Virus record (IMG/VR): IMGVR_UViG_3300042465_009257
Span: 1-64,000 of that record
Length of the DNA: 64,000 nucleotides
DNA from: a virus
Strand: one strand, 5' to 3'
A model generated the notes under the pieces. That model was given only the letters and a program-made list of their open reading frames with translations, was not told the DNA's origin and did not search any database. A program made the position numbers and the translations under genes. Shown one piece after another: positions 1 through 10,088 of this stretch; the stretch's first letter is position 1, and each line of letters opens with the position of its first letter.

Positions 1-159
1 CCTGGGCCGCATTTAATTTCTTTCTTTGAGTAACTCGCTTGAGAGTTGATTTTTTCCCAGCCTCCCTTTGTGGCGGATGTTGGCTCGGCTTTTCCGTTTT
101 CTTGAAAATACATAGTTTTGTTTTTTTGGTTGTTTGTTGTGGGATTCAGTTCCCGCTGC

Positions 160-188
160 ACAGTAGCACAGGATTCGGCGGTTGTCAA
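160..188 (-). promoter_or_regulatory. sigma70-like promoter (leftward)
   Basis: TTGACA-N17-TACTGT on minus strand, same pattern as many others in the window. Confidence 0.55.
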
Positions 189-218
189 GCAGTTTTTTGA
201 AAAAAAAAGAAATTAATA

Positions 219-246
219 TTTCCTCCCCGCGATTTGCGACTGTAAT
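219..246 (+). promoter_or_regulatory. class II (putative late) promoter
   Basis: TTTCC-N17-TGTAAT; no long ORF downstream. Confidence 0.55.
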
Positions 247-315
247 TAAAGAGAGAATAATCAATTTAAACCAAGTCTTTAATACCGCGCCCTTCTTTTC
301 CGCCCACAAAATGCC

Positions 316-343
316 TTGACAGTCAGGTTCGTCCTCTTAACAT
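316..343 (+). promoter_or_regulatory. sigma70-like promoter (rightward)
   Basis: TTGACA-N16-TAACAT. Confidence 0.45.
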
Positions 344-774
344 CGCCAGGTCACCGGAAGATTACTAATCAAAGTATCTGAGATAAAGAATAAAAAGAAA
401 ATTCCAGACATAGAATAAAGAAAATTACTCATTGGGCAAATAATAGACATTTGCTCTACTTTTGTTTATTTTTTTAAAGGAATATTAGGTAAATTTGCCA
501 TTTGTGCAAGTTTCTCTTCGGAATGGGGCCATAAACGGGCCAAATGTGGCGATAATTTCAAATTCTACGGGGAAAAGTGAACATTTTCGCTAGTAAACTT
601 AATAAAAGTTTCAGTAATTAGAGGGACTTTGAACGAATATTTCTTTTTTTATTATTCCGCGCAGGGAAACATACGGAAAAGTCATAAGTCGTTGATAATT
701 AATGATCCCGAATTAGGAAAACGGGGATATTTTCTTTATTTTTCGGGTATTTTAGAATATTAAGGCTCGAATAC

Positions 775-990
775 ATCCTCCCTCCCCCTCCCCCCCCACC
801 CCTCAACCATTATTCCTTTTATTCCTTTTATTCTTTTACCCCTCACTCCTTTTATTCTTTTATCCCTTTACTCTTCTATCCTTCCCCTTATTCCTTTTAT
901 TCTTTCTCTATTATCCTCTTTTCTTCTTTAGTGTATTTAAAGGGGGGAGTGCCCCTTAAAAGGGGCGAAATGCCCCTTAAAGTGGGGAAT
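775..990. repeat. pyrimidine-rich low-complexity tract with short direct repeats and a palindrome in a long ORF-poor region
   Basis: C-runs 777-802, imperfect TTATTCYTTT repeats, TGCCCCTTAAA twice, GCCCCTT-AA-AAGGGGC palindrome. Confidence 0.6.
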
Positions 991-1485
991 CGGGAATAGT
1001 AACCTCGTAAATGCTCACTAAACCTTTCTTGTTTATCGTGCGTCAATAAACTGACCAGGGGATCACAAGAGGTATTTCTCCTTTCTATCGGGGAAACGCC
1101 TTTAATCCTTCCAATTCATTTAATCATTTATTTCATTTTTCTTTTCTTTTCCCTTCCCGCCGAAAACAGGGTTTAAATGCCATTCTTATCCTATTCTTTC
1201 CCCGTTCAAAGCCCATAAGAATGCCATAACTATCTTTTTTATCGGGTAAATTCACTGTATCTACCCACTATGCACAGTTAAAAAAAGAATTGTTTATTTT
1301 CCCTTTATGCCGCGAAACCCTGCCCGCCCATCTTTCCGCCAGGTATTTATTGCCTCAGATACCCTTTTGCGGTCCATTTGATGCGTTTTTAGCCACTTTT
1401 CCTAATTTTCTTTAGTCCCAATAGGGGGAGGTCTTAAAATCGCTTAAAACGTCTTATTATTGATTGCGGTGTTTGTCATTTTGAT

Positions 1486-1740
1486 TTAATTCTTTTTTTT
1501 CGCTTCAGCATTGCACTCCTGACGCCAGAAGTTCTCAGCAGTCTCCATTGCTTCCGCGTAGTAAGCATCGCGGTTCAGACAGGCTTCGGTATACCGCGCA
1601 TAAGCTTCACCCTCACCGCCTACCGACTTCCTGAAGGTATAGTAGGCTTCACGGCATGAATTATTAACTGCTTCCCAATTAGCCCAGGCTGCGACTGCTT
1701 GATCTTGAGCCACCTTTACTTTGTCTTGAGTATCTTGCAT
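1486..1740 (-). CDS. hypothetical protein
   Basis: 84-aa ORF, ATG after A-rich leader, helical composition. Confidence 0.7.
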   Translation of the reverse strand: MQDTQDKVKVAQDQAVAAWANWEAVNNSCREAYYTFRKSVGGEGEAYARYTEACLNRDAYYAEAMETAENFWRQECNAEAKKKN

Positions 1741-1956
1741 TTTATTTAAATAGGATTCTTAATCAGAGATTGTTTAAAATTGACAATTGCATTGCTGATT
1801 TCCTTAATCCGATTATTGAATTTAAGAGTATTTTTATCGACCCTCTTTATCAAAATTTTGGCATATTTGTATTCAGCTTTCAGAAGATTCAAGGCATCAG
1901 GGGTAATATTTTTTTTATTCATAGTTTTTAATTAGTATTTAATTTCACGAAACGGT

Positions 1957-2142
1957 CTATTCCTGCTCAATTTCGTCAAGCCAATCAGAAACCATCTGAA
2001 GGTCTTTTTTTTCAGAATCGTATCTATTCTGCTCTTTTTCCGAATCGCTGTCAATGAGAAACTCGAAACCGTCATGCTCAGAGATAGCGTTTTCAACTAA
2101 TTCGCGTAAAGTTTCCAAGATTTGATTAGAAGGCTTTTTCAT
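1957..2142 (-). CDS. hypothetical protein (paralog of 42456-42647)
   Basis: start trimmed to MKKPSNQ; similar to MDKPSNK protein. Confidence 0.65.
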   Translation of the reverse strand: MKKPSNQILETLRELVENAISEHDGFEFLIDSDSEKEQNRYDSEKKDLQMVSDWLDEIEQE

Positions 2143-2149
2143 TTTTCTT

Positions 2150-2416
2150 TTATTTGTTTTGAAAAGGGCTGGTAAGAAAAGTTCCGAGAGGGAAAGAGCA
2201 ATTCCGTGAGTCGCAGCTTCCCTTATGATTTTTTCCCATGATATGTTGAATTTCCCCAGGAAAATAAGTATTTTCATACCATTCTAAGTCTGAACTGTAT
2301 TGCGGAGCATAGTAATCGCCTGATGGCATTTTATCCGCCGCCCACTGAGGAACGTGATCCATGGTGAAGCGGTGAATATATTTTGAGCAGGCTTGTTGAA
2401 AGGAAAGTCTCTTCAT
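2150..2416 (-). CDS. hypothetical phage protein
   Basis: start trimmed to MKRLSF; HRFTMDHVPQWA...YAPQY segment. Confidence 0.65.
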   Translation of the reverse strand: MKRLSFQQACSKYIHRFTMDHVPQWAADKMPSGDYYAPQYSSDLEWYENTYFPGEIQHIMGKNHKGSCDSRNCSFPLGTFLTSPFQNK

Positions 2417-2435
2417 TTTTTCTTTTATTTTGTTT

Positions 2436-3143
2436 TTAAATGTCCATTCCCGTGTCAATCCTGACCAAGGCATAATTATCAGTCGTATAAACAATTTCTG
2501 TTCCGCAGGTGAAGGTCCGTCCGGTGCAATCGTATGAGGAAGGCTCCAACCGCCGCAAAACTCCCAATTCTTTCAGTTTTTGAGTCGCCAAGCGAATTTG
2601 CCGCTTTTTCAGACATTTTCCTTGGCGAATTTCTCCTTCAGAATATTCTCCGATAGTTTTTTTATTATTTTCCGGCCATTTCACTTCCCCTTCATTGAAA
2701 TTAATCTGGTAAAGGGAGGTTTTGTAACCGTAGTCGTCAGAGTCAAGAATGGCAAGGAATTTCATTTTGTTTTGTGGCAGGGATTGGTTTGCTTCCCTGA
2801 CTTGGTGATTTTTCGCGTAAGAATAAGACTCTTTGTCTTCCGGACTGACGATTAGCCCCTTGAATCCAGATTGCCCTCCCGCAATCCACCAGACCAAAAT
2901 TCCAGAAACAACCTTGTACTCCCCTTTGTTCATATGGATATCGACCTCCATTTCCCCGTGGTCGCCATCCAATTCAATTGTTCCAGTTTCGCCACGCAAG
3001 CGGAAAACAATATCAAAACCCGCCAGATTTTCCAGCGTCCCATGCAAATATGCAGGATTCGTGTAGATAGTTTCTTTATTTTTCCAAACAGTTTGACTGC
3101 CGCAAGGAGAATACTGATAATCGGGGATGAGAGAAAGTTTCAT
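2436..3143 (-). CDS. hypothetical protein
   Basis: 235-aa ORF in operon orientation. Confidence 0.65.
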   Translation of the reverse strand: MKLSLIPDYQYSPCGSQTVWKNKETIYTNPAYLHGTLENLAGFDIVFRLRGETGTIELDGDHGEMEVDIHMNKGEYKVVSGILVWWIAGGQSGFKGLIVSPEDKESYSYAKNHQVREANQSLPQNKMKFLAILDSDDYGYKTSLYQINFNEGEVKWPENNKKTIGEYSEGEIRQGKCLKKRQIRLATQKLKELGVLRRLEPSSYDCTGRTFTCGTEIVYTTDNYALVRIDTGMDI

Positions 3144-3168
3144 TTTGTTTTATTATTTAAACATTTGT

Positions 3169-3414
3169 TTATTTATTTAAACGCGAAATTATCGCCATTC
3201 CTTCTTCTTTGGTTAAAATCCCAATTTTGCCAAAAAAGTAATTGGAGTAAGTATTGCTTCGGGAATCGTAAATTGAATACCCTTTTTCCGCCATTTCGTA
3301 GGCTTCTCGCGGCGAAGGCAAGGCTCCATGAATTGAGACTTGAGCGGGGCATCCGGTGAATCCGGGTTTGCGTTGCCAGATTTTGCGGGGGACTAGGGAA
3401 TACTTTGCGTTCAT
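3169..3414 (-). CDS. hypothetical protein
   Basis: 81-aa ORF. Confidence 0.6.
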   Translation of the reverse strand: MNAKYSLVPRKIWQRKPGFTGCPAQVSIHGALPSPREAYEMAEKGYSIYDSRSNTYSNYFFGKIGILTKEEGMAIISRLNK

Positions 3415-3444
3415 GATTTTTTTTTCTTTTATTTCTTTTATTTC

Positions 3445-4131
3445 TTAAGCGGGGGATTTGACCACAAAATTGGAGGAATCCTTTTTACCTTGCCCCTTGG
3501 CTTTCAAGCCGACGATGACATTTTTGCCATCCAGGAAGCGAACATCCGTTTCGTCGCCATTCACAACAGGCTTTCCGAGGTAAGTTTCTGGGAGTTTATC
3601 GAAAACTACCGCAACATTTCCGCCCATTTTTGCGATAATCTCAACCGCATTTTGATTATTTTCTTTCCGGCTAAAAGTAAGATGATAATTTTCGGGAAGT
3701 TTACCCTGGAGATATTCAATCATCCTTGGGGTGTTTGGTGTATAATCATAGAATTGAACTTCGGGCCATTTTTTGAAATCAATCAATTCGTGCCAAGCAA
3801 CATCCGAAAGGACGTTAAGGCGAATGGCGCATTTCATTCCTGCCCGCCGCGCACTTTTCACGGCGACTGAAATTTCTTTTCCCAATTCCAAAATAAAATT
3901 CTTTTGATCTTCCACAAAAAACATTGTCTTTTTCAGGCGGGCCGCTTTGACATTGGAAAAAGCTCCATGCCCAGAAGTGTAAAGACAAGCGGCGCGGCAT
4001 CCGGCGCTAGCGTAAAGGCACAGATTGATTTTGCCGTTCAGCTTGTGAGGAGCCAGGGACAAGCCCCAGGTCATGATGCCGATCTTTTCGCCCTTGAGGA
4101 TCTTGGTGTTATTCTTGGAGAGTAGTTTCAT
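3445..4131 (-). CDS. phage Gp88-like protein (Cys motif)
   Basis: CLYASAGCRAACL, IRLNVLSD, FYDYT, YHLTFS, GDETDVRFLD motifs; leaderless start after TTGCAT-N16-TATGGT. Confidence 0.7.
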   Translation of the reverse strand: MKLLSKNNTKILKGEKIGIMTWGLSLAPHKLNGKINLCLYASAGCRAACLYTSGHGAFSNVKAARLKKTMFFVEDQKNFILELGKEISVAVKSARRAGMKCAIRLNVLSDVAWHELIDFKKWPEVQFYDYTPNTPRMIEYLQGKLPENYHLTFSRKENNQNAVEIIAKMGGNVAVVFDKLPETYLGKPVVNGDETDVRFLDGKNVIVGLKAKGQGKKDSSNFVVKSPA

Positions 4132-4226
4132 GGCCATACCATACCACACCCCAAGAATAATGCAAGCACTTTTTTTCTTTTTTTTCGAAGGGCTTAAATC
4201 TGATCAAAAAGGAAAAGGGGAAACCC

Positions 4227-5657
4227 CTACTTTTCTTCCCTTACTCGCCGCCACAAATCCCCTTCGCGCTTCATTACCTCTTTCATAATCTGGGTAAAAG
4301 AATGGGAAAATGTCTCATCGTGCCGATTGCTTGCCATATGGCAAATTTCATGAGTCGCCAAGACCAGAATCTCCGAAAGGCTTTCCCGTTTATTCACAGA
4401 ATACCTCATTTTGTTTTCTTTATTTAAAGGATTAATCAAAATATATTCGACTCCTTCAACTTTTCGATATTGCGCTTCTGCCTCATCTGAGAATAGGAAT
4501 CCTATTCCGAAACAAACTGATTGTTTTGTAAACTCTGCATAACATTCTGCCGCCAATTCTACCGCCATTTTCCAGATTTTCAGCAATTTCATTCGTGTCT
4601 CCCCGCCCTTCCAAGTTTCTGGATCGTAAAGTTTAGCTACTTTTTTGACATCTTCGTCCCAGCTATCCATTGCGACTGCCGTTCCTTCAAGCCATTTTTC
4701 AGCGTAACGGGATTCTTCTTCATATTTCGATTCGATATTTTGATAAATTCCCGTTGTCGGCTGACCCCCGATAATTTCCAAGGTAATTGATTTTCCGCTA
4801 TCAATTGCTGCTGATTGTGAAGCCGCAGTTTGTTTCGGACTGGCATGGAATACCGATCCTTTTTTCATAAGCATGAAATAATTGTTTATTTTTGGCTTCA
4901 AAGCCGAAAGGGATTCTGTCGAAATCTCGTCACAAAATTCTTCGATTTCTTTTTGTTTTTCCCATTGCAAAGAATCTCTATTAGAAAGAAGAACATCGCG
5001 AGAAATTTCCGGATTAATTTCAATAATTATTTGAGCAGGGGCGGAAATAAACCGGCTAAACATTGAAATTCCATTAACTCGGACTAATAATTGAGATTGC
5101 TGGCTTTTATTTACCCAAACTTTCCCAAAAGTTAAATCCCGTGCCCATCTGCCTCTTGAAATTTCGCTTTTGAAAATTTCTCCATTTACTGTAATATTAT
5201 GGCGAAAAGAGCATTTGTTTAGGTAACGTGTAATAATCCCGCCCCATTCTTCTTGATCTGTATTAATTCTAAATTCGCATCCAAAAGTAAAAGGATTATC
5301 ATGAATTTCATACCCGCTTCCCTCACCGCACAATTTATAATCATGAGAAATAATCTCATAGGACCGTTGTGCCCAATTAGTGACGGTTCTGGCGCGTCCA
5401 AAGCCGCCGAGAGTTTCCCCTCCATCCTTTGTTGTCTCCCCCATAGAGAGGTATTTATTTAAAAGAATATCCCGATTCATTCCCTGTCCATCATCTTTAA
5501 TAGAGATAAAATTTAAGGAGTGGGTAATTTGAATATTCCGGCACCCTGGGCTATCAACCGCATTCTGAATAAGCTCACGAACTAAGGCTTCGCAATGATT
5601 AGAGTAATTTCGGAGTTCAGTTTTGAAGAACCGAGGAGAGATGGAGATGTTGTTCAT
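4227..5657 (-). CDS. GHKL (HATPase_c) ATPase with C-terminal HExxH motif
   Basis: ELIQNAVD (N box), DDGQGM (G1), GGFG (G2); THEICH near C-terminus. Confidence 0.8.
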   Translation of the reverse strand: MNNISISPRFFKTELRNYSNHCEALVRELIQNAVDSPGCRNIQITHSLNFISIKDDGQGMNRDILLNKYLSMGETTKDGGETLGGFGRARTVTNWAQRSYEIISHDYKLCGEGSGYEIHDNPFTFGCEFRINTDQEEWGGIITRYLNKCSFRHNITVNGEIFKSEISRGRWARDLTFGKVWVNKSQQSQLLVRVNGISMFSRFISAPAQIIIEINPEISRDVLLSNRDSLQWEKQKEIEEFCDEISTESLSALKPKINNYFMLMKKGSVFHASPKQTAASQSAAIDSGKSITLEIIGGQPTTGIYQNIESKYEEESRYAEKWLEGTAVAMDSWDEDVKKVAKLYDPETWKGGETRMKLLKIWKMAVELAAECYAEFTKQSVCFGIGFLFSDEAEAQYRKVEGVEYILINPLNKENKMRYSVNKRESLSEILVLATHEICHMASNRHDETFSHSFTQIMKEVMKREGDLWRRVREEK

Positions 5658-5662
5658 GGGTC

Positions 5663-5690
5663 AATCTACACTCAAATGGGGAGAAGTCAA
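5663..5690 (-). promoter_or_regulatory. sigma70-like promoter, leaderless transcript
   Basis: TTGACT-N16-TAGATT-gaccc-ATG. Confidence 0.7.
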
Positions 5691-5719
5691 CTATTTTTTT
5701 TTATTTTTTGGAAAATTAA

Positions 5720-5747
5720 TTTCCATTAGTAATAAGTTTTCTGTAAT
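5720..5747 (+). promoter_or_regulatory. class II (putative late) promoter
   Basis: TTTCC-N17-TGTAAT. Confidence 0.7.
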
Positions 5748-5764
5748 TATATATAGAACTTATT

Positions 5765-5932
5765 ATGAAACTAAAAACAAAACGCCATAGCTTTCTCTTT
5801 TCTGATGAAACCGATTCCCTTATTCGCCGATTGGGGGAAGAAACTCAACTAAAATTCTGCACTATCTTTGAAAACGCTTTAAAGGATTATGCCAAAAAAT
5901 TAGAGCAAGCAAAACTAAAAGAAAATGTATAA
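5765..5932 (+). CDS. small ribbon-helix-helix-like DNA-binding protein (55 aa, not in ORF track)
   Basis: MKLKTKRHSFLFSDETDSLIRRLGEETQLKFCTIFENALKDY; alternating beta strand plus two helices; overlaps endonuclease start. Confidence 0.75.
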   Translation: MKLKTKRHSFLFSDETDSLIRRLGEETQLKFCTIFENALKDYAKKLEQAKLKENV

Positions 5933-6884
5933 GCTATCAGCACGGGGATTTACTTTCCCTGATAAAATTCGAGGAGTATATTCAATTCGAAATGAAGTCA
6001 ACGGAAAGCAATATGTAGGGAAAGCTGAGGGGCAGAAGGGATTTAAGGGACGATGGTATATCCACAAAAGCGATTTAAAGGCAAATAAACATCCCAACCA
6101 ACATCTTCAAAATGCTTATAATAAATACGGTATAGAAAATTTTACCTTCAATATTTTGGAAATTTGCGACCCATCAAAAGTTTCTATAAAAGAAAAGGAA
6201 GACGAATGGATTTTAAAACTTAATGTCAACGATTCAGAAATTGGTTATAATTGCATTTCACCAGCTAAACTTGAAGCGCATTTTAACTCGAAAAGATACA
6301 CGAATGAAAGCCGAACAGTCTATAAGTTTCGGTCTCCAGATGGGGAAATAATTTCTGGAAAAAATCTAATGCAGATTGCAAGAGATTTAAATCTTTCCAG
6401 TCATGGACTGAGGAAGGTGTTTTACGGAAAACAGTATTCGTTTTATGGTTATACTTCTACTAATCCAGATTTTTCCTCAAAACCTAAAAAAGAATACCGA
6501 TTACTTTCACCAGAAGGACTTATTCATGAATTTGACAATATAAACGAATTTGCGGCAAAAACTGGCTTAAGTAAAAACGGTCTTGGAAGAGTTTTAATGG
6601 GAAAACAGGGGCATTGTGGTGGATGGTCTCTTGAAAACCCAGAGCCTAAGTTTGTGGAAACAATAGAAGAATTTAATACTAAGATTTCTTTAGTTATGGA
6701 CGATAGTAAAATCCATAACTTTGCCACTGCAAAAAGCATTCAGAGAAAATATTCAGCGTCTTACAGTTTGATTAAAAATATACTATTAGGAAAGACACCT
6801 AGAGATTTTCCATTTAAAAAATGGAGAGTCGCTACCAATGAAGACTTTAAACTTTTAGAACAGGTGGAAGAAACCGAGGGATAA
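5925..6884 (+). CDS. GIY-YIG homing endonuclease
   Basis: GVYSI...YVG, R, HPNQHLQNAYNKYG, E, GYN motifs; repeated SPxG DNA-binding modules. Confidence 0.85.
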   Translation: MYKLSARGFTFPDKIRGVYSIRNEVNGKQYVGKAEGQKGFKGRWYIHKSDLKANKHPNQHLQNAYNKYGIENFTFNILEICDPSKVSIKEKEDEWILKLNVNDSEIGYNCISPAKLEAHFNSKRYTNESRTVYKFRSPDGEIISGKNLMQIARDLNLSSHGLRKVFYGKQYSFYGYTSTNPDFSSKPKKEYRLLSPEGLIHEFDNINEFAAKTGLSKNGLGRVLMGKQGHCGGWSLENPEPKFVETIEEFNTKISLVMDDSKIHNFATAKSIQRKYSASYSLIKNILLGKTPRDFPFKKWRVATNEDFKLLEQVEETEG

Positions 6885-6900
6885 AAATTATCCTTTTCTT

Positions 6901-7086
6901 TTATTTTACTTCTTCCACATTCACAGATACTACCCGATAATCATCAGATTCCAATAATCCTTTATTTTTAATCGAAAGAAGAATTTCTGCCATCAACGCC
7001 ATCATAACTTCCATATCGACTACTTCAATCACTATTGAGTCAATTATTCCATTGGCGCTTGTAAGAGTATATTTGAATTTTTTCAT
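6901..7086 (-). CDS. hypothetical protein
   Basis: 61-aa ORF. Confidence 0.6.
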   Translation of the reverse strand: MKKFKYTLTSANGIIDSIVIEVVDMEVMMALMAEILLSIKNKGLLESDDYRVVSVNVEEVK

Positions 7087-7087
7087 T

Positions 7088-7291
7088 TTATTTCTTTTTC
7101 AGTTTTAACTCAGGCATAGAATAGTATCCGCCGTCCTCATAAAAATCTTTGTCATCATTGTGGATGATAGATTCGACCTCTTCCAATGTCAAACCTCTGT
7201 TTTTCGCAATATCCGGCGCTTTAACCCAATTATTGGAATCTTCAAGGACTAGATCTTTGATTGATTTTGTAATTTTCTTCATTTTATTCAT
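7088..7291 (-). CDS. hypothetical protein
   Basis: 67-aa ORF. Confidence 0.6.
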   Translation of the reverse strand: MNKMKKITKSIKDLVLEDSNNWVKAPDIAKNRGLTLEEVESIIHNDDKDFYEDGGYYSMPELKLKKK

Positions 7292-7469
7292 TTTTTTTAG
7301 TTAAATATTCAATTTGCTCTTTTTTCCTTTGTTCCGTATCCTCCAGCCACTTTTTTTCCCGCTTTTTCTCTTTTTCGTAACTCTCAATCGAAATAATAAT
7401 ACCCAGGATCAAGAAAATCATCCAAGAAATAAAGAAAAATAAAAAAGAATCCATTTTATTAAATGCTTT

Positions 7470-7838
7470 CTACCTTTTGAAGACAAGTCCATGGTTGTCG
7501 GCGCACGCTTCCAACGAATCGCTCATATTCATACCGTTTTCCGCGCTTTCCTCCCATTGATCGTGAATTTGCTGAAGTTCGCCGATTAAATCACTATGGG
7601 TAGATGGAACTAAGTTTTTTTTAATCAAATCGCCCCATAAATTCATCTCAAAATTCGGATTGTATTCTTCTTCAGAAATTAAACACCCAGCGGCGCAGGA
7701 AAGACCATTCGCGTTATGATAAAGGCATAGTCCGCCTGAATTTAAGCTTTGTTCGCCTTGAGTGATTAAATGATTCTTAACTTGGTCGAAAACTTGTTGA
7801 GCCGTAGCTTCGTGGAGATTTTTAAGTGTAATTTTCAT
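7470..7838 (-). CDS. hypothetical phage protein
   Basis: CLY..GLSCAAGCLI and LQQIHD motifs. Confidence 0.7.
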   Translation of the reverse strand: MKITLKNLHEATAQQVFDQVKNHLITQGEQSLNSGGLCLYHNANGLSCAAGCLISEEEYNPNFEMNLWGDLIKKNLVPSTHSDLIGELQQIHDQWEESAENGMNMSDSLEACADNHGLVFKR

Positions 7839-7843
7839 ATTTT

Positions 7844-8029
7844 TTATTCTGTGGAGTAAAGTTCTAATCTTTTTCCATTTTTATCTACCTCGACTATTTT
7901 GTAATTTTTTCCAAATTTTCCAGCCCGCATTACAGCATCAGCCTCTTCCTTAGTTTCCCAAAAAGCAATAATTTTTGAGGACAGATCATTATTTTTTTTA
8001 CGCTCAATTCCAAAATACGGTTTATTCAT
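7844..8029 (-). CDS. hypothetical protein
   Basis: 61-aa ORF. Confidence 0.55.
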   Translation of the reverse strand: MNKPYFGIERKKNNDLSSKIIAFWETKEEADAVMRAGKFGKNYKIVEVDKNGKRLELYSTE

Positions 8030-8034
8030 TTATT

Positions 8035-8220
8035 TTATTCTTTATGACCAGATTTATAAAGTTCTTCAAGAAATCTGTGTTCTTCTTTCGTCAATCCGTG
8101 ATCCGACCAATATTCATATAGAATGTCTCCGATTGAGACTGGATCAAGATTGGCGAAATCTTCTGTGCTCCTAGAGACTTCGCGGAGGAGTTCGATGGCT
8201 TTTTCTAGTGTTGCGTTCAT
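8035..8220 (-). CDS. hypothetical protein
   Basis: leaderless after TTGACT-N16-TACGTT. Confidence 0.65.
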   Translation of the reverse strand: MNATLEKAIELLREVSRSTEDFANLDPVSIGDILYEYWSDHGLTKEEHRFLEELYKSGHKE

Positions 8221-8290
8221 GGGTCAACGTAACCCAGATTCGCGGAAAGTCAAGCATTATTTTCTTTTTTTAACCGGCTTCGTTTAATGC

Positions 8291-8578
8291 TTAAGTTGTA
8301 ACTTTTTCAATTGTTTTACCGTACTTACAATTTGCATAAGTGAATTTGACTAAAATCTCTACCAAAATAGGGTTGACAAATTCCTGACCAACGCATTCAT
8401 CAACACTACAATATGGTAATTTATCATACAATTCATACGTTTTTTGATAATCACCTTTTTCGAAATTGTCTAAAATAGCCAGCAACCTCTTCTGCCATAC
8501 TTTGTTAAAATATGAAATAATTTTTTGGCGCTCTTCCTTCTCATCGAATTCAATAATCTCAGTAATTTTAAATTTCAT
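8291..8578 (-). CDS. hypothetical protein
   Basis: 95-aa ORF. Confidence 0.6.
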   Translation of the reverse strand: MKFKITEIIEFDEKEERQKIISYFNKVWQKRLLAILDNFEKGDYQKTYELYDKLPYCSVDECVGQEFVNPILVEILVKFTYANCKYGKTIEKVTT

Positions 8579-8737
8579 CTTATTATTGGTCTATAAGCCA
8601 ATCATCGAAACCTACATTATCGCTTTCTTCCGCAGAGCAGTGTAAATGCATCCATCCATCAGTAGTCAGGACTTTGGGTTCATTGCGTAGTATAGGTTGA
8701 ATACAATACTCGCACTCAAGTTCAGGGTCTAGTGGAT

Positions 8738-9232
8738 TCATTTATTTTTTGGGTTGATAAAAAGTTGATACCCCTTCCCGCCGCAAGATGGGCAAGGAAT
8801 TTCTGCAAAATAATCTTTCAGTCCAGATCCATCGCAAATTGGGCAGAAATTACTCATCTCCATCAGTTCCCGTTCGTAACCATCCAATTTTGATTGTTTA
8901 ACGGCATCAGACAAAGAAAGAAAAACCTCATCGCTATCGACTAAAACCTCATCATAATCGTCAGGTTCCCAATGTCCGCCAGGATACATTTTGACAGTAG
9001 ATCGAATCCAAACCTGTTCATTTGTAGTCCTGCCGTAAATGCCTCGAAAAGAAACTTCCATCATGACGGAATAATAATAATATTCTCCATCAGTATAAAC
9101 CCCTTCCTTCAGTTCAAGATTCCAGCCAGAAACCTGCTGGGCGAGATTAAAGTCTCTATCTGTCGCCGCCAGCAATTCCTCTTCTAATTCGCAGGACAGT
9201 GGCGGGGTATTAATTGGGTGGATTGTGTTCAT
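8738..9232 (-). CDS. hypothetical protein with C-terminal DnaJ-type zinc finger
   Basis: CPICDGSG and CPSCGGKG; leaderless after TTGACT-N16-TAGATT. Confidence 0.7.
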   Translation of the reverse strand: MNTIHPINTPPLSCELEEELLAATDRDFNLAQQVSGWNLELKEGVYTDGEYYYYSVMMEVSFRGIYGRTTNEQVWIRSTVKMYPGGHWEPDDYDEVLVDSDEVFLSLSDAVKQSKLDGYERELMEMSNFCPICDGSGLKDYFAEIPCPSCGGKGYQLFINPKNK

Positions 9233-9878
9233 GGTTTAATCTACTACAGTTCGGCGGAAAGTCAAGACAAAAAAACAAATTATTTATCTCAATTTCATCA
9301 TTTCACCAATCTGGCATACTATAAGCAACCGTAATCATCATAATTATCATTAAAATATCCATAATTAACCAGTGGAGCCGTATTTCTTGTGCAAACGCAA
9401 ATATTCCGCCCGCTCTTTATCTTCTATCTCCTTTTTCTTCTTCAGATCAATCCCTATAAACTTAAAAGCTTGACTCTCGTAGGGAATACTTTCAACCTCA
9501 ATTTCAATTTGATCCCATTCGGTGAAGCCTGATGCCTGGGATCGAATCGATTTACAAAAATTGTCAATCGTGTAAATTCCATCTCCAAATGATAGGTAAT
9601 CAATGTATGATTTGTCCATATTTTTATTTGTAAAAAGAAGTGTGATCAATATTTACCCGCTCTTTATCGCCTTTAACGCGATTTCCTGCTAAACAAGTTG
9701 AGCCATTATTAAAATAATAAAAGCTAGATGCCATTAATCGTAGATTTTTCTTCCTATGCAATGCAAATGCTTTACGCTTTTCAAAATTTAGATTGATGTT
9801 TTCAATGAGTTGTTTAATTCGATTCATAATTAATGATAGCATAGTATTTATATTAGTCAATAAAAAAATAAAATAAAA

Positions 9879-9906
9879 TTTCCAAACTTAATAAGTTTTC
9901 TGTAAT
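9879..9906 (+). promoter_or_regulatory. class II (putative late) promoter
   Basis: TTTCC-N17-TGTAAT. Confidence 0.7.
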
Positions 9907-9920
9907 ACTTATTAGAACTT

Positions 9921-10088
9921 ATGAAAAATAAAACAAAACGCCACAGCTTTCTCTTTTCAGAGGAAACGGATATTCTAATCCGTCGCCTTGCCGACGAGAC
10001 TCAACTGAAATTCTGCACCATTTTTGAGAATTCTTTGAAGGCTTACGCTAAAATTCACGACGAGAAAAAAAATGTATCAGGAAGATAA
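9921..10088 (+). CDS. small RHH-like protein (55 aa, not in ORF track)
   Basis: MKNKTKRHSFLFSEETDILIRRLADETQLKFCTIFENSLK, close paralog of 5765-5932. Confidence 0.75.
   Translation: MKNKTKRHSFLFSEETDILIRRLADETQLKFCTIFENSLKAYAKIHDEKKNVSGR

Noticed and set aside
13-309. 98-aa minus-strand ORF
   Set aside because: Spans two promoter motifs and homopolymer runs; no recognisable protein features.
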